Shown here one piece after another: positions 1 through 13,339 of a stretch of DNA of 64,000 bases. A model generated the notes under the pieces. It ran no database searches. It was given only the letters and a program-made list of their open reading frames with translations, and was not told the DNA's origin. How positions within the stretch are numbered: position 1 is the first letter of the stretch; every line of letters begins with the position of its first letter. The position numbers and the translations under genes are program-made. Source of the DNA: Burkholderiales bacterium (GTDB lineage Bacteria; Pseudomonadota; Gammaproteobacteria; Burkholderiales; Gallionellaceae); assembly GCA_038203435.1 (NCBI GenBank), contig JBBRDZ010000001.1, positions 30,366-94,365 on the forward strand, given 5' to 3'.

Positions 1-237
1 TTACGCGCCGATGCGGAAAAAACCCTCAATGTAGTGGTTGATTCAGCTTTTGAATTGTCTGCCGCGCAACAGTTAAAAATCATAAACTCGCTGAAAGCGC
101 GAATGGGCCTTGAAATAAAATTGGTCTGTAAAGTCAATAAGGAATTACTGGGCGGTGTGGTCATCCGCGCCGGAGATAAAGTGATCGACGGTTCTGCCCG
201 CACCCGCTTGGGCGAAATGGCAAACGCGCTGGCCTGA
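1..237 (+). CDS. atpH: ATP synthase F1 delta subunit (5'-truncated by window edge)
   Basis: Frame 1 is open from base 1; C-terminal [19 protein letters not shown] motif; directly upstream of atpA. Confidence 0.95.
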   Translation, partial: LRADAEKTLNVVVDSAFELSAAQQLKIINSLKARMGLEIKLVCKVNKELLGGVVIRAGDKVIDGSARTRLGEMANALA

Positions 238-265
238 TAACAGATATATCAACGAGGAAATTCAG

Positions 266-1807
266 ATGAAGCTCAACCCTTCCGAAATTAGCAATTTAAT
301 ACGCAGCCGTATCGACAACTTCGAGGCACTGACGCAAGCACGTACCGAAGGTACGGTAGTCAGTGTCACCGACGGTATCGTGCGTGTACATGGACTTTCC
401 GACGTGATGCAGGGTGAGATGCTGGAATTCCCCGGCAACACCTTTGGTCTCGCACTTAACCTCGAGCGCGATTCTGTCGGCGCGGTTATTCTGGGTGAAT
501 ATGAACACATCACCGAAGGTGACACCGTAAAATGTACCGGACGTATTCTGGAAGTGCCGGTTGGTCCCGAGCTGTGTGGACGCGTGGTCAATGCCCTGGG
601 TCAGCCCATCGATGGCAAAGGTCCGATCAACACCAAGATGACCGACAAGATTGAAAAAGTCGCGCCGGGTGTGATTGCGCGTAAGTCGGTTGACCAACCC
701 GTACAAACCGGTCTGAAGTCCATCGACTCCATGGTCCCGGTGGGTCGCGGGCAACGTGAATTGATCATTGGTGACCGTCAAACGGGCAAAACGGCCGTTG
801 CCGTGGATGCGATCATCAATCAAAAGGGTCAGAACATGACCTGCGTGTATGTTGCAGTTGGTCAAAAGGCATCAACCGTGGTCAACGTGGTGCGCAAGCT
901 GGAAGAGCACGGCGCGCTGGGTTATACCATCGTGGTTGTTGCAACGGCATCCGATTCGGCGGCGATGCAATTCCTCGCTCCTTATGCCGGTTGCACGATG
1001 GGAGAGTACTTCCGCGATCGCGGAGAAGATGCGCTGATCGTATACGACGACTTGACCAAGCAAGCATGGGCGTACCGTCAGATATCATTGTTGCTACGCC
1101 GCCCACCCGGCCGTGAAGCATATCCAGGCGACGTGTTCTATCTGCATTCCCGTTTGCTGGAGCGCGCAGCACGGGTGAACGCAGATTATGTTGAAGCCTT
1201 CACCAATGGCGCAGTAAAAGGCAAGACCGGTTCGCTGACCGCCCTGCCCATCATCGAGACGCAGGCAGGTGACGTATCCGCATTCGTGCCGACCAACGTG
1301 ATCTCCATTACCGACGGACAGATATTCCTTGAGGCCGACTTGTTCAATGCCGGCATCCGTCCTGCGATCAATGCGGGTATCTCGGTATCGCGTGTGGGCG
1401 GAGCAGCACAGACCAAAGTGATCAAGAAACTGGGCGGCGGTGTTCGTCTGGCATTGGCGCAATATCGCGAATTGGCGGCCTTCGCACAATTCGCTTCAGA
1501 CCTCGATGAAGCGACCCGCAAGCAATTGGAGCGCGGACGCATGGTTACTGAACTGATGAAGCAGTTGCAATACGCGCCGTTGTCGGTTGCCGAAATGGCG
1601 GTCACGCTGTTTTCGGTCAACAAAGGATATTTTGATGATGTGCCTGTGCCCAAAGCGCTGGCATTCGAAGCTGTACTGCACAGTCATCTGAAATCCAACA
1701 ATGCGAGCCTGCTGGAAACGATCGAATCCACAAAGGATCTGTCCGCCGACAACGAAAAATTGTTGTCAGCAGCGATCGAGAAGTTCAAAACCACAGCTGT
1801 TTACTAA
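266..1807 (+). CDS. atpA: ATP synthase F1 alpha subunit
   Basis: GDRQTGKT Walker [22 protein letters not shown]; GAGG RBS. Confidence 0.99.
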   Translation: MKLNPSEISNLIRSRIDNFEALTQARTEGTVVSVTDGIVRVHGLSDVMQGEMLEFPGNTFGLALNLERDSVGAVILGEYEHITEGDTVKCTGRILEVPVGPELCGRVVNALGQPIDGKGPINTKMTDKIEKVAPGVIARKSVDQPVQTGLKSIDSMVPVGRGQRELIIGDRQTGKTAVAVDAIINQKGQNMTCVYVAVGQKASTVVNVVRKLEEHGALGYTIVVVATASDSAAMQFLAPYAGCTMGEYFRDRGEDALIVYDDLTKQAWAYRQISLLLRRPPGREAYPGDVFYLHSRLLERAARVNADYVEAFTNGAVKGKTGSLTALPIIETQAGDVSAFVPTNVISITDGQIFLEADLFNAGIRPAINAGISVSRVGGAAQTKVIKKLGGGVRLALAQYRELAAFAQFASDLDEATRKQLERGRMVTELMKQLQYAPLSVAEMAVTLFSVNKGYFDDVPVPKALAFEAVLHSHLKSNNASLLETIESTKDLSADNEKLLSAAIEKFKTTAVY

Positions 1808-1820
1808 GGCGGGGTGAGAG

Positions 1821-2687
1821 ATGGCTGGCAGTAAGGAGATACGCACGAAGATCAAGAGTGTAGAAAATACACGCAAGATCACGCGCGCGATGGAAATGGT
1901 TGCCGCAGCCAAGATGCGTAAAGCGCAAGATCGCATGCGCGCAGCCCGTCCATATGCTGAAAAGATCCGCGCCGTGGCCGCGCATCTTTCGCGCGCCAAT
2001 CCTGAATACAAACACCCGTTTCTGGTCAAGCGCGAAGGCATCAAAAACGTCGGCATGATCGTGGTGACTTCGGACAAGGGATTGTGCGGTGGCTTGAATA
2101 CAAACGTACTGCGTCTTGCCGTGAGCAGTATGAAAACCTGGGAAACCGAGGGCAAGGGAATAGTGGTATGTCCGATAGGCAACAAAGGCATGGGTTTCAT
2201 GTCGCGTATCGGTGCCAAGGTGAAGTCGCATTTGACCGGCCTGGGCGATACACCGCATATCGAAAGACTGATCGGTGCCGTGAAAGTGATGCTGGATGCG
2301 TATTCGGCTGGTGAGATCGACGCGATATATATCAGTTACAACCGGTTCATCAATACCATGAAGCAGGAGCCGTGCATCGAACAACTGCTTCCGCTGAGCG
2401 GCGAACAGATGGGAACGGCAGAAGGTAATTGGGACTATATCTACGAACCGGATGCGAAACAGGTGATTGACGCGCTGCTGCTGCGTTACATCGAGTCTCT
2501 GGTTTATCAATCCGTGGTTGAAAACATGGCTTCCGAACAAAGCTCGCGGATGGTTGCGATGAAGGCTGCATCGGATAACGCCAAGAGCGTGATCGCGGAC
2601 CTCAAGCTGATATACAACAAGGCTCGCCAGGCAGCCATCACACGTGAGATTTCAGAGATTTGCAGCGGCGCCGCCGCGGTTGGCTAA
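1821..2687 (+). CDS. atpG: ATP synthase F1 gamma subunit
   Basis: [30 protein letters not shown] motifs; operon position. Confidence 0.99.
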   Translation: MAGSKEIRTKIKSVENTRKITRAMEMVAAAKMRKAQDRMRAARPYAEKIRAVAAHLSRANPEYKHPFLVKREGIKNVGMIVVTSDKGLCGGLNTNVLRLAVSSMKTWETEGKGIVVCPIGNKGMGFMSRIGAKVKSHLTGLGDTPHIERLIGAVKVMLDAYSAGEIDAIYISYNRFINTMKQEPCIEQLLPLSGEQMGTAEGNWDYIYEPDAKQVIDALLLRYIESLVYQSVVENMASEQSSRMVAMKAASDNAKSVIADLKLIYNKARQAAITREISEICSGAAAVG

Positions 2688-4175
<1,488 letters not shown>

Positions 4176-4189
4176 TAACGGGAGCAACT

Positions 4190-4606
4190 ATGGTAATGAC
4201 CGTACATGTCGATGTGGTTAGCGCGGAAGCATCGATCTTTTCAGGGCTGGCTGAAATGGTCGTGGTCCCCGGGGAGATGGGCGAGCTGGGTATATACCCG
4301 CGCCATACCGCCCTGATGACGCGTATCAAGCCGGGCTCGGTCAGAATCAAGCGTCCGGATCAGGAACAGGAGGAGCTGATCTATGTGTCTGGCGGCATGC
4401 TCGAGATACAGCCCGGTGTGGTTACCATCCTGGCTGACACCGCGATACGCGGCGGCGAATTGGATGAAGTACGGGCTTTGCAAGCCAAGCAGGAAGCGGA
4501 GGAAGCGATGAAAAACCGCACTTCCGACATCGACTACGCCCAAGCGCAAGCAGAATTGGCCGAAGCGATAGCGCAGCTGGCAGCTATCAAACATCTGCGG
4601 AAATAG
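4190..4606 (+). CDS. atpC: ATP synthase F1 epsilon subunit
   Basis: [22 protein letters not shown]; last gene of the atp operon. Confidence 0.98.
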   Translation: MVMTVHVDVVSAEASIFSGLAEMVVVPGEMGELGIYPRHTALMTRIKPGSVRIKRPDQEQEELIYVSGGMLEIQPGVVTILADTAIRGGELDEVRALQAKQEAEEAMKNRTSDIDYAQAQAELAEAIAQLAAIKHLRK

Positions 4607-4641
4607 CAGTAGAAGATTGCCCTTAAGAGATTGATGAAATT

Positions 4642-4666
4642 AAAAGGCAGCTTCGGCTGCTTTTTT
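4642..4666 (+). terminator. Rho-independent terminator of the atp operon (likely bidirectional)
   Basis: AAAAGGCAGC-TTCG-GCTGCTTTTTT hairpin with T tract, between convergent atpC and DUF938 genes. Confidence 0.9.
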
Positions 4667-4668
4667 GC

Positions 4669-5310
4669 TTAATACGGCTTTGGTATAAACCTAATAGCCT
4701 GATTCAATGCGCTAGCATTCATCCGCCACACCAGCATCCGATTATTTGAAGGCATGTCAAAATCATGCAGCAACTCAAGACCGCGGGTTGTTGCAAGCAT
4801 GTTAACCGCTTCAAAATCTCGCACGCCGCTATCGGGGTCGCGTGACTTTAACCAGTCATCAAACCGGGCATTGCTTTCAGAAGTGAAATTTCCACCGTAA
4901 TTAAAGGGCCCGTAGAAACACACATAACCACCGGGTTCAATCACACGTGAAATATGCGCGAATAATCGCTCAACACCAATCCACGAGATTATATGCACAG
5001 TGTTGGCATTGAATATCGCATCAACAGATTTGATCTGCCAGCTGGCATCATTCACATCGATTGCCAAGGGTGGTAATACGTTTGGCAGTCCCGCTTCGTT
5101 CAACCAATCTTGAATTCCAGCAAGATTATGTGGCAATTCGCTGGGCTGCCAGATCAAGTGGGACAGCTCGCGGGCAAAATACACGGCGTGCTGTCCGGTG
5201 CCGCTGGCGATCTCCAGTACCTGCTTGCGGTCGGCGAAGACATCCTTCAATACGGCAAGTATCGGTATTTTATTGATTTCACTCGATTCGGCGTAAGGCT
5301 TTGTACTCAT
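4669..5310 (-). CDS. DUF938 family class I SAM-dependent methyltransferase
   Basis: MSTKPYAESSEINKIPIL start, VLEIASGTGQH, YGPFNYGGNFTSESNARFD, MPSNN motifs; start moved to ATG 5310. Confidence 0.88.
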   Translation of the reverse strand: MSTKPYAESSEINKIPILAVLKDVFADRKQVLEIASGTGQHAVYFARELSHLIWQPSELPHNLAGIQDWLNEAGLPNVLPPLAIDVNDASWQIKSVDAIFNANTVHIISWIGVERLFAHISRVIEPGGYVCFYGPFNYGGNFTSESNARFDDWLKSRDPDSGVRDFEAVNMLATTRGLELLHDFDMPSNNRMLVWRMNASALNQAIRFIPKPY

Positions 5311-5449
5311 ATGGACTAGGCTGTCGAAAACCGGGTCAAAATTTAATCGCCAGTCTGCAATACAGAAACATTCTTTGCAGCCTGAATTGACCCAGCGGAA
5401 GTTATTTGAAGGCCTTGCTGATAATAACAAAACACCAATAGTTGCGCTT

Positions 5450-6647
5450 ATGAAAAGTCATTTTGGATAGCGCGCTTTGCTTGTCGGCCTGATTCCATTT
5501 TCATGAATGGGCCGTACGACAGCATGCGCGTCCGTAATAGTGGATCTCACTGTTGAAGGTGCGATAAGCCCCGGTACGCTGGACTATGTGGTTCGCGGCC
5601 TGGAGACGGCCGCAAACGAACAGACGCAATTGGTCGTGCTGAAAATGGATACCCCAGGTGGCCTTGATACGGCGATGCGGAAGATCATCAAACAGATCAT
5701 CGCTTCCCCGGTTCCCGTTGCCGTATCCGTCGTACCCGAAGGCGCGCACCGCGAGTGCCGGCACCTTACCCACTACGCCAGCCATGTCGCTGCGATGGCA
5801 CCGGCCACCAGTCAGGGTTCTGCCACGCCGATAGCAATAGGTATTGACGGCATAGACGGCGGTCAGCCGAATTCTGGAACTCTGCCGAAGAAAGGCGGAA
5901 AAGAAAAAAAGTTGTCGGGCCGGCTAACAGCAGGTTTGGTAGAGCAACTGTTGGTAAGCCTGGCGCAGATGCGCGGCCACAACATTGTCTGGGCGGAGCA
6001 GGCGGTGTGCGCCAAGCAAAGAGCCTGAACGCAGAAGAGGCCTTGAAGCTCAAGATCATCGATTTGATCGCGCAGGATGTTCCTGATCTGCTCCGGCAAC
6101 TCGACGGGCGCAAAGTGAATGTGCTGGGACGGGATCGTGCCTCGGAATTAACCGGGGCGCGCATAGCTGTTCTGGAGCCGGATTGGCGCAGTCGTCTGCT
6201 GGTCGTGATCGCCGATCCGAGCATCGCCTATCTACTTATGCTGGCCGGCATCTTTGGGTTGTTCTTTGAATTTTCCAATCCCGGCTTTGTATTGCCCGGC
6301 GTGGTCGGTGCGATCCCGCTGCTGCTCGCGTTCCAGATGCTTTGGATTACGGCATTCTCTGGTGAGTCGTGGTGTCAGGCGCGTTTACCAGCGCCCTGTT
6401 CATCTTCTGCGTGGCCGATATGGCGATGAAAGTACAACGACGGCCCGTGGTGACCGACAGAGATGAATTGATTGGCAGCGGCGGCGAAGTGGTGGAAGAT
6501 TTCGATGGCAAGGGCGGCTGAGCGCGGGTGCATGGCGAAACCTGGCGCATCAGGAGCAAGCAGCTGTTGGTCCGTGGACAAAAGGTCAGGGTCGCGCGCA
6601 TGGACGGGCTGATCTTCGATGTGGAGTCGGACACCGGCCAGGAATAA
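5450..6647 (+). pseudogene. nfeD: NfeD family membrane-bound ClpP-class serine protease, disrupted
   Basis: DTPGGL, AAMAPAT, NPGFVLPGVVG and RVHGETW motifs spread over several frames; in-frame stops at 5468, 5504, 6363 and 6519; TG slippage frameshift near 6007; internal deletion/frameshift near 6340. Confidence 0.88.
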
Positions 6648-6677
6648 TTTCTGACAATAAACGATAAGGAGAATGAT

Positions 6678-7472
6678 ATGGTCTTCAATTTCAGTTCTGG
6701 TGCTCGTGTTGCTGGCTTTTTCCAGCATACGCATTTTGCGCGAGTACAATCGCGGTGTGGTGTTCACGCTCGGGTGGTTTTGAGAGGTAAAAAGACCGGG
6801 GCGATACTGATCATTCCCGGCATCCAGCAGATGGTCAAGGTTGGCCTGCGCACGGTGGTGATGGACGTGCCCAGCCAGGCTGTGATCGCGCGGGACAACG
6901 TTTAGGTCAAGTTGAACGCAGTGATCGATTTCCGCGTGGTCGATGAGCAAAAGGCGAGCATCCGGGTGGAAGATTACCTTAATGCGACCAGCCAGCTGGC
7001 GCAGACAACGCTGCATTCGGTTCTTGGCAAGCACGAACTGGACGACATGCTCGCAGAGCGCGAGCGGCTCAACATCGACATCCAGAAGGCGCTCGATACC
7101 CAGACAGATACCTGGAGAATCAAGGTCACCAATGTGGAGATCAAGCATGTGGATATCGACGAGACCATGGTGCGTGCCATCGCCCGTCAAGCTGAAGCGG
7201 AGCGGGAACGGCGTGCCAAGGTGATCCACGCCGAGGGCGAACTGCAGGCATCGGAAAAATTGTTGCAGGCTGCCCAGATGTTGGCACAGGAACCGCAGGC
7301 CATACAGCCCCGTTATCTGGAAACGCTGACGGTGATCGGTGCTAACAATAATACGGCCGTCGTGTTTCCGGTACCGATCGACCTGACCAGATTGTTCTCC
7401 GAGAAAGCCCTGGGCAAGGAAGTGCAAATGGGTTCGTGCCAGGTAAATTCCAGATCAATGAAGATCCGGTGA
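6678..7472 (+). pseudogene. Slipin/SPFH (band 7, stomatin-like) protein, disrupted
   Basis: [42 protein letters not shown]; stops at 6781 and 6903 plus frameshifts near 6695 and 6800. Confidence 0.88.
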
Positions 7473-7489
7473 GCAGTTAAAATGAACGC

Positions 7490-8632
7490 ATGAGTACACC
7501 CCTGCTGAAGATTATTGAAAACCTCGCGGATATCCCCGCAGCAACCTGGAATCAGCTGGCCGGTGATGATCCGTTTCTGTCCCATGCTTACCTGTATGCG
7601 TTACAGGCTAGCGGTTGTGCGACGATGCAGTTCGGCTGGCAGGCGAAATTCCTGACGCTGTGGCGGGACGAGATGTTGCTGGGCGCAATGCCGCTATATC
7701 TGAAGATGAATTCGTATGGCGAACATGTGTTCGATTGGGCATGGGCAGATGCATATCAACGACACGGATTGCGTTACTACCCCAAGCTGGTATGTACCGT
7801 GCCATTCTCCCCAGTCACAGGTGCGCGTTTGCTGGTGGTGCCGGGTCCAGAAGCTGAACAATTGCGCACCTTGCTTCTCGAATCGGCACTCCAACTTGCT
7901 GGAGAGTCGGCTGTGTCCTCTCTGCATTGTTTGTTTCTTGACGAAGCAGATACGCGGGTAGCGCAGGAGCAAGGCATGATGTTGCGTCACGATGTGCAAT
8001 TCCATTGGCACAATCCCGGCTATCGTGATTTTGAAGACTTTCTGGCCGCGCTGAGTCGCGACAAGCGCAAGCGTATCAGGCAGGAACGGCGCAGGGTAGA
8101 AGCAGCGGGAATACAATTTCTCTGCATTACCGGGGAACAAGCCAGTCCAAAACAATGGACGTTCTTCGCTTCGTGCTATGCGCATACCCGGCAGCAGCAC
8201 CATTCCCCTCCCGCGCTGAACGATGATTTTTTCCTGCGCATCGGCACCGCGCTACCGAAAAATACCCTGCTGGTGATCGCAATGCGCGAAGGTCGGATGA
8301 TCGCAAGTGCGCTGAACATCGTGACCAGAGACGTGTTGTACGGGCGTTCATGGGGCGCGTTCGAATTTCACCCCGGGCTGCATTTCGAGGCTTGTTACTA
8401 TCAGGCTATCGAGTTTTGTATCGCGCAAAAAATAACAACATTTGAAGGCGGCGCCCAGGGCGAGCACAAGTTGGCACGCGGCTTCCTTCCGGTGACCACC
8501 CGATCGGCTCATTGGTTGGCACACCCGCAGTTCTCGCGTGCCGTGGAAGAACATTTGAAAGAAGAAACCAGTGCGATATCCGAATATGTGGACGAGCTGA
8601 GCCAAAGGAGCCCCTTCAAACACCACTCCTGA
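7490..8632 (+). CDS. GNAT/FemAB-related protein (DUF482 family)
   Basis: SYGEHVFDWAWADAY, GLHFEACYYQAIE, EGGAQGEHKLARGF. Confidence 0.92.
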   Translation: MSTPLLKIIENLADIPAATWNQLAGDDPFLSHAYLYALQASGCATMQFGWQAKFLTLWRDEMLLGAMPLYLKMNSYGEHVFDWAWADAYQRHGLRYYPKLVCTVPFSPVTGARLLVVPGPEAEQLRTLLLESALQLAGESAVSSLHCLFLDEADTRVAQEQGMMLRHDVQFHWHNPGYRDFEDFLAALSRDKRKRIRQERRRVEAAGIQFLCITGEQASPKQWTFFASCYAHTRQQHHSPPALNDDFFLRIGTALPKNTLLVIAMREGRMIASALNIVTRDVLYGRSWGAFEFHPGLHFEACYYQAIEFCIAQKITTFEGGAQGEHKLARGFLPVTTRSAHWLAHPQFSRAVEEHLKEETSAISEYVDELSQRSPFKHHS

Positions 8633-8701
8633 TCGAAGTGTGGAAGCGACAATTTCTGCGATTCCAAACGCAAGTCGGGATACTTCGTTGTTATTGAAAT
8701 C

Positions 8702-9214
8702 CTATTTCGCGAGCAGTACCCTTGCCAACTTGGCGATCGACATCCATACCGCAAGAAATGCCAGCCACAAGGTGATTCCGGCAACTGTGGCAAATACGAT
8801 GCTCTCAGGGGACAAATTGAAAGCAGGCGAAAATATTTCCCAGGTTGCGCGGGCAATCAGCGGATCCGACTTGCCCAGCATATAGAGCAGCTGGTGGAAC
8901 AAATCCGTGTTGAGCGCTTGCAGTGCCAGCCTTAATTGTTCTGCCGAATTGACCATGGCCTGCAACGCTGAACCCTCATCGTGAAAAGTCGGATCCTGGC
9001 TGGCCAAGTGGTAATTGATCAGCGTTTGCAAGCTGCCATGATGGAATTGGTTGGCGATCTCCTGGAACGGTGATATATCCTGCAGCACCTGATCCAGCCG
9101 ACCGCCGACACGTTGTCGATACTGGGCGATGAAGCTCGGGATGCAACCAGCCGCGACAATGCCTATCACCAGTATGATGCGGTCGAGGATTCCGCGAATG
9201 AATGTCATGTTCAT
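8702..9214 (-). CDS. DUF2937 family membrane protein
   Basis: PSFIAQYRQRVGGRL motif after an N-terminal TM helix; second TM helix at the C-terminus. Confidence 0.75.
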   Translation of the reverse strand: MNMTFIRGILDRIILVIGIVAAGCIPSFIAQYRQRVGGRLDQVLQDISPFQEIANQFHHGSLQTLINYHLASQDPTFHDEGSALQAMVNSAEQLRLALQALNTDLFHQLLYMLGKSDPLIARATWEIFSPAFNLSPESIVFATVAGITLWLAFLAVWMSIAKLARVLLAK

Positions 9215-9312
9215 CGCGCTATGGCGCAGGAGTTTTCATATCTGCATCGTGCAGTGAACCAGGTGAAATATCAAGAAAGATTTGATATTCCCGCCAAATG
9301 AGGAAACAAGGA

Positions 9313-9717
9313 TCACGTCGCTTCAAGCAAAGTCTTCAACGAAATCAGGTCGCGCATCACCCATTCCGTGTCGGAAGCAAATTTTTCGTCAGAGACGCCG
9401 GACAATCGCAACAGCGTAAAGATCAGCAAACAGCCGGAACCGACCGAAATGACGCGCATCGGTATATAAAACGGCAGCCCGAGTTTTGGACTTACCCAGT
9501 GATCCAGAACACCGAATCCATTTAGTTTTGAAAATCTGACATTCGCCGGGCCTACATCCGTTTCGGCAACCCATCCGTCATTTGCTTTCCTTAGCGATTT
9601 ACCCAGTCCCGACGCCCAGAGCGGAAAATTTTCCGGTACGCTGGCGAAAGCGTATACGTCATTTATATCCCGCTGGATAAAAACATCAAGGTGGCAAGAT
9701 TGCTGTATCGTTGTCAT
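9313..9717 (-). CDS. SRPBCC/polyketide cyclase-like small protein
   Basis: VYAFASVPENFPLWASGL, NGFGVLDHWV, PMRVI motifs; GGGAG RBS. Confidence 0.8.
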   Translation of the reverse strand: MTTIQQSCHLDVFIQRDINDVYAFASVPENFPLWASGLGKSLRKANDGWVAETDVGPANVRFSKLNGFGVLDHWVSPKLGLPFYIPMRVISVGSGCLLIFTLLRLSGVSDEKFASDTEWVMRDLISLKTLLEAT

Positions 9718-10007
9718 ATGAATCGCTCCCTGCCATTTACTGTAATAAGTTCATACCTATATCCTCGCGCTCCACCCGGATATTGCTGAAATGCGGTGTT
9801 TAGTACCTGCACGTTACCAAATTAGACGCCCTATCCTTGTTAAATTCAAGAACGCAAAGATGTCTGCACTGCCACCGTTCAATTAAAACAAATCTCTGAC
9901 AAACGCGATGGCATTCCGGCGGCATACGGATCGTATGACGCTTTGCAGAACTTCTCCTTAAATCAATCACTTTTGTTTATACTTCGGAATCTTCAGAAAG
10001 CCCGAAC

Positions 10008-11372
10008 ATGAGTCCGCTAAATATCGTTATTCTTGCTGCCGGAAAAGGTACGCGCATGTACTCTGACCAGCCAAAAGTGCTGCACACGCTGGCTGGCAAG
10101 CCGCTGGTGCAGCATGTGCTGGATTGTGCCGCTGGACTTAAACCGCAGAATATCTGCGTGGTTTACGGGCATGGCGGCGAGGCGGTACCCAGGGCGATGC
10201 AACAATATCCGGCCAAGTTTGTCATTCAGGAACCGCAGCTTGGCACGGGCCATGCCTTACAGCAGGCGATGCCGCACCTGGGCGACGCAGGCAGCACGCT
10301 GATATTGTATGGCGATGTTCCGCTGATCCAGCCCAGTACGCTGCACCAGATGCAACAATCGGGAGGCGATCTGGTGCTGCTGACCGTGAACCTGCCCAAT
10401 CCGACCGGTTATGGCCGTATCGTGCGCAATGCACTGGGCGAGGTGCTCAGCATCATCGAGGAAAAGGATGCCTCCCCGGAGCAGCGCGATATCAGGGAAG
10501 TGAATAGCGGCATCCTGCTCGCGCCGACGCACTTGATGCGAGCCTGGTTGGCGAAATTGCAGAACAACAACGCGCAAGGCGAGTACTACCTTACCGATAT
10601 TGTCGGCATGGCTGTGCAGCAAGGGGTTGCGGTGCATACGGTACAGCCAGCCCACGAGTGGGAAATACAGGGGGTCAACAGCAAGTCGCAATTGATGGTG
10701 CTGGAGCGAACCTGGCAACTGGTCGAGGCTTCGCGCTTGCTGGTCCATGGTGTGACGCTAGCCGATGCGTCGCGCATTGATGTGCGTGGCAAGTTAAGTT
10801 GCGGGCGCGATGTAAAGATCGATGTCGGCTGCATCTTCGAAGGCGAAGTGCGCTTGGGCGACAATGTTCGGGTGGGTGCATACAGCGTGATCAGAAATTC
10901 CAGCATTGCCCTCGGCACGGAAGTCGCACCATACAGTCACATCGATGGCAGTGAAGTAGGCACTGACTGTCACATCGGTCCCTATGCGCGACTGAGACCG
11001 GGAACCAAGCTTCACGATGGTGTGCACATAGGCAACTTCGTCGAGATCAAGAATAGTGAGATCGCATCGAACAGCAAGGCCAATCATCTCAGCTACATCG
11101 GCGACAGCACGGTAGGAAGCCGGGTGAATATCGGCGCCGGTACGATCACATGCAACTATGATGGCGCAAACAAGTACCGCACCATCATCGAAGACGATGT
11201 TTTCATCGGCTCTGACACACAACTGATCGCACCGGTGACGGTTGGCAGGGGTGCGACAATTGGGGCGGGCTCGACGATCACAAAAGATGCGCCGGCGGGT
11301 GAGCTTACCTTGTCGCGGGCCAATCAGGTGACGGTCGCCGGCTGGACGCGTCCTATCAAAGGGAATAAATAG
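10008..11372 (+). CDS. glmU: Bifunctional UDP-GlcNAc pyrophosphorylase/glucosamine-1-phosphate acetyltransferase
   Basis: [10 protein letters not shown], hexapeptide repeats, NYDGANK. Confidence 0.99.
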   Translation: MSPLNIVILAAGKGTRMYSDQPKVLHTLAGKPLVQHVLDCAAGLKPQNICVVYGHGGEAVPRAMQQYPAKFVIQEPQLGTGHALQQAMPHLGDAGSTLILYGDVPLIQPSTLHQMQQSGGDLVLLTVNLPNPTGYGRIVRNALGEVLSIIEEKDASPEQRDIREVNSGILLAPTHLMRAWLAKLQNNNAQGEYYLTDIVGMAVQQGVAVHTVQPAHEWEIQGVNSKSQLMVLERTWQLVEASRLLVHGVTLADASRIDVRGKLSCGRDVKIDVGCIFEGEVRLGDNVRVGAYSVIRNSSIALGTEVAPYSHIDGSEVGTDCHIGPYARLRPGTKLHDGVHIGNFVEIKNSEIASNSKANHLSYIGDSTVGSRVNIGAGTITCNYDGANKYRTIIEDDVFIGSDTQLIAPVTVGRGATIGAGSTITKDAPAGELTLSRANQVTVAGWTRPIKGNK

Positions 11373-11373
11373 C

Positions 11374-13200
11374 ATGTGCGGAATCGTGGGAGCCGTGGCG
11401 CAGCGCAATGTCGTGCCGATTTTGCTGGAGGGTTTGCAGCGTCTGGAATACCGGGGCTATGACTCTGCCGGCCTGGTTGTGGTGCATGAAGGACATCTGG
11501 AGCGTGTGCGCAGTATCGGACGGGTCGCTGACCTCAGCGAAAAAAGTGCGGCCACCCACGGCTTGACCGGTATCGCCCATACCCGATGGGCGACCCACGG
11601 TGTACCCAGCGAGCGCAACGCGCACCCGCATACCAGCAAAGATCACATCGCGGTGGTGCACAACGGCATCATCGAAAACTACGAGTCATTGCGCACCCGG
11701 TTGGCCGCGGAAGGCTACGAGTTTACTTCCGACACCGACACCGAAGTCATCGCGCACCTGATCCACAGCCACTACGCCCGCGGTAATTCCCTGCTGGCGG
11801 CAACGCAGGCATCGCTTGCCGAATTGGTGGGCGCTTACGCCATCGGCGTGATCGCAGCGGACATTCCCGATCAGCTCATCTGCGCGCGGCGCGGCAGTCC
11901 ATTGCTGTTGGGCGTCGGCATAGAGGAACATTTCATCGCGTCCGATGTGTCCGCGCTGTTGCCGGTGACGCGCAAGGTCGTTTATCTCGAAGAAGGCGAT
12001 GTGGTTGAAGTGTCCCAGCACGGCTACCAGATATATGATTTGCGCGGTTCACGCGTTGAACGCACAGTGCAGCTCAGCGAAATGAGCAACGAGAGTGTGC
12101 AGCTGGGAGAGTATCGCCACTATATGCAGAAGGAGATCCATGAACAGCCTCAAGCTTTGGCGGATACGCTCGAATCGGTTTGCAACAGTCAATCACTGGT
12201 GCCGGGCATCTTCGGCGCAGAAGCTGCAGAGGTGTTTGCCTCGATCGACAGCATTCTGATCCTGGCATGCGGAACCAGCTATCACGCCGGATTGGTGGCG
12301 CGCTATTGGCTGGAAGAGATCACCAGCATGCGCTGTACTGTGGAAGTCGCCAGCGAGTATCGCTATCGCGTCAGTGTCTCCAACCCGAACACCCTGGTGG
12401 TGGTCATTTCACAGTCCGGAGAGACCGCGGATACCCAGGCCGCGCTCAACCATGCCAAGGCGCACGGCCACATCCATACGCTCGCGATCTGCAATGTGGC
12501 GGAGAGCGCCCTGGTGCGGCTTTGCAAGCTGCGCATGTTGACACGCGCGGGACCCGAGATCGGCGTCGCATCGACCAAGGCATTCACCACGCAACTTGCC
12601 GCGTTATTCCTGTTGACGCTGGTGCTCGCCAAACAACGCAAGCGACTGTCCGCCGAGCAGGAGCAAAAGCATCTGCACGATTTGCGCCATCTGCCCAGTG
12701 CGGTGCAAAAAGTGCTTGATCTGGAACCCCAGATAGCCAAGCTCGCCGAGCAATTTGCCAACAAGCATCACGCACTGTTCCTGGGTCGCGGCCTGCATTA
12801 TCCGATCGCGCTGGAAGGGGCGCTCAAGCTCAAGGAGATATCCTATATCCACGCAGAAGCCTATCCGGCCGGTGAATTAAAACACGGCCCACTGGCTCTG
12901 GTGGACAAGGACATGCCGGTGATCTCGGTTGCGCCGAACGATGCGCTGCTGGAAAAGCTCAAGTCCAACCTGCAGGAAGTACGTGCACGCGGCGGGGAGC
13001 TATATGTATTTGCCGACGCAAATACGCATATCCGCGAGGCGGACGGTATTCACATCATGCAAATGCCGGAGCACGCCGGATATCTGAGTCCTATCCTGCA
13101 CACCATACCTTTGCAGTTGTTGGCCTATTACGTTGCGCTACAAAAAGGCACTGATGTGGATAAGCCCAGAAACCTTGCGAAGTCGGTGACCGTGGAATAA
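11374..13200 (+). CDS. glmS: Glutamine-fructose-6-phosphate transaminase
   Basis: MCGIVG N-terminus, [10 protein letters not shown]-terminal [11 protein letters not shown]. Confidence 0.99.
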   Translation: MCGIVGAVAQRNVVPILLEGLQRLEYRGYDSAGLVVVHEGHLERVRSIGRVADLSEKSAATHGLTGIAHTRWATHGVPSERNAHPHTSKDHIAVVHNGIIENYESLRTRLAAEGYEFTSDTDTEVIAHLIHSHYARGNSLLAATQASLAELVGAYAIGVIAADIPDQLICARRGSPLLLGVGIEEHFIASDVSALLPVTRKVVYLEEGDVVEVSQHGYQIYDLRGSRVERTVQLSEMSNESVQLGEYRHYMQKEIHEQPQALADTLESVCNSQSLVPGIFGAEAAEVFASIDSILILACGTSYHAGLVARYWLEEITSMRCTVEVASEYRYRVSVSNPNTLVVVISQSGETADTQAALNHAKAHGHIHTLAICNVAESALVRLCKLRMLTRAGPEIGVASTKAFTTQLAALFLLTLVLAKQRKRLSAEQEQKHLHDLRHLPSAVQKVLDLEPQIAKLAEQFANKHHALFLGRGLHYPIALEGALKLKEISYIHAEAYPAGELKHGPLALVDKDMPVISVAPNDALLEKLKSNLQEVRARGGELYVFADANTHIREADGIHIMQMPEHAGYLSPILHTIPLQLLAYYVALQKGTDVDKPRNLAKSVTVE

Positions 13201-13281
13201 TCGCCTGGTGCCATTGGACGAATAATGATCTGCGATACTCACTCTTTCACAGCGAAACACTCAGATTAATTACCCTCTACG

Positions 13282-13317
13282 ATAAAACAAACCCGCCTCA
13301 AGGCGGGTTTGTTTTAT
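13282..13317. terminator. Bidirectional Rho-independent terminator
   Basis: Perfect 17-bp inverted repeat ATAAAACAAACCCGCCT-CA-AGGCGGGTTTGTTTTAT between convergent genes. Confidence 0.92.
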
Positions 13318-13339
13318 GATCAAGCTGTAGTACCAACTC

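Noticed and set aside
5312-5335. GGACTAGGCTGTCGAAAA, a possible half-copy of the palindromic element at 46854
   Set aside because: Similarity is short and the second arm is missing; it cannot be supported without a genome-wide consensus
5450-6905. Several TGA/TAG stops at apparent Trp positions in nfeD and SPFH, suggesting stop-codon recoding
   Set aside because: The same genes also carry frameshifts and a deletion, TGG-to-stop is the commonest transition nonsense change, and core genes (atpH, def, fbp) use TGA as a true stop
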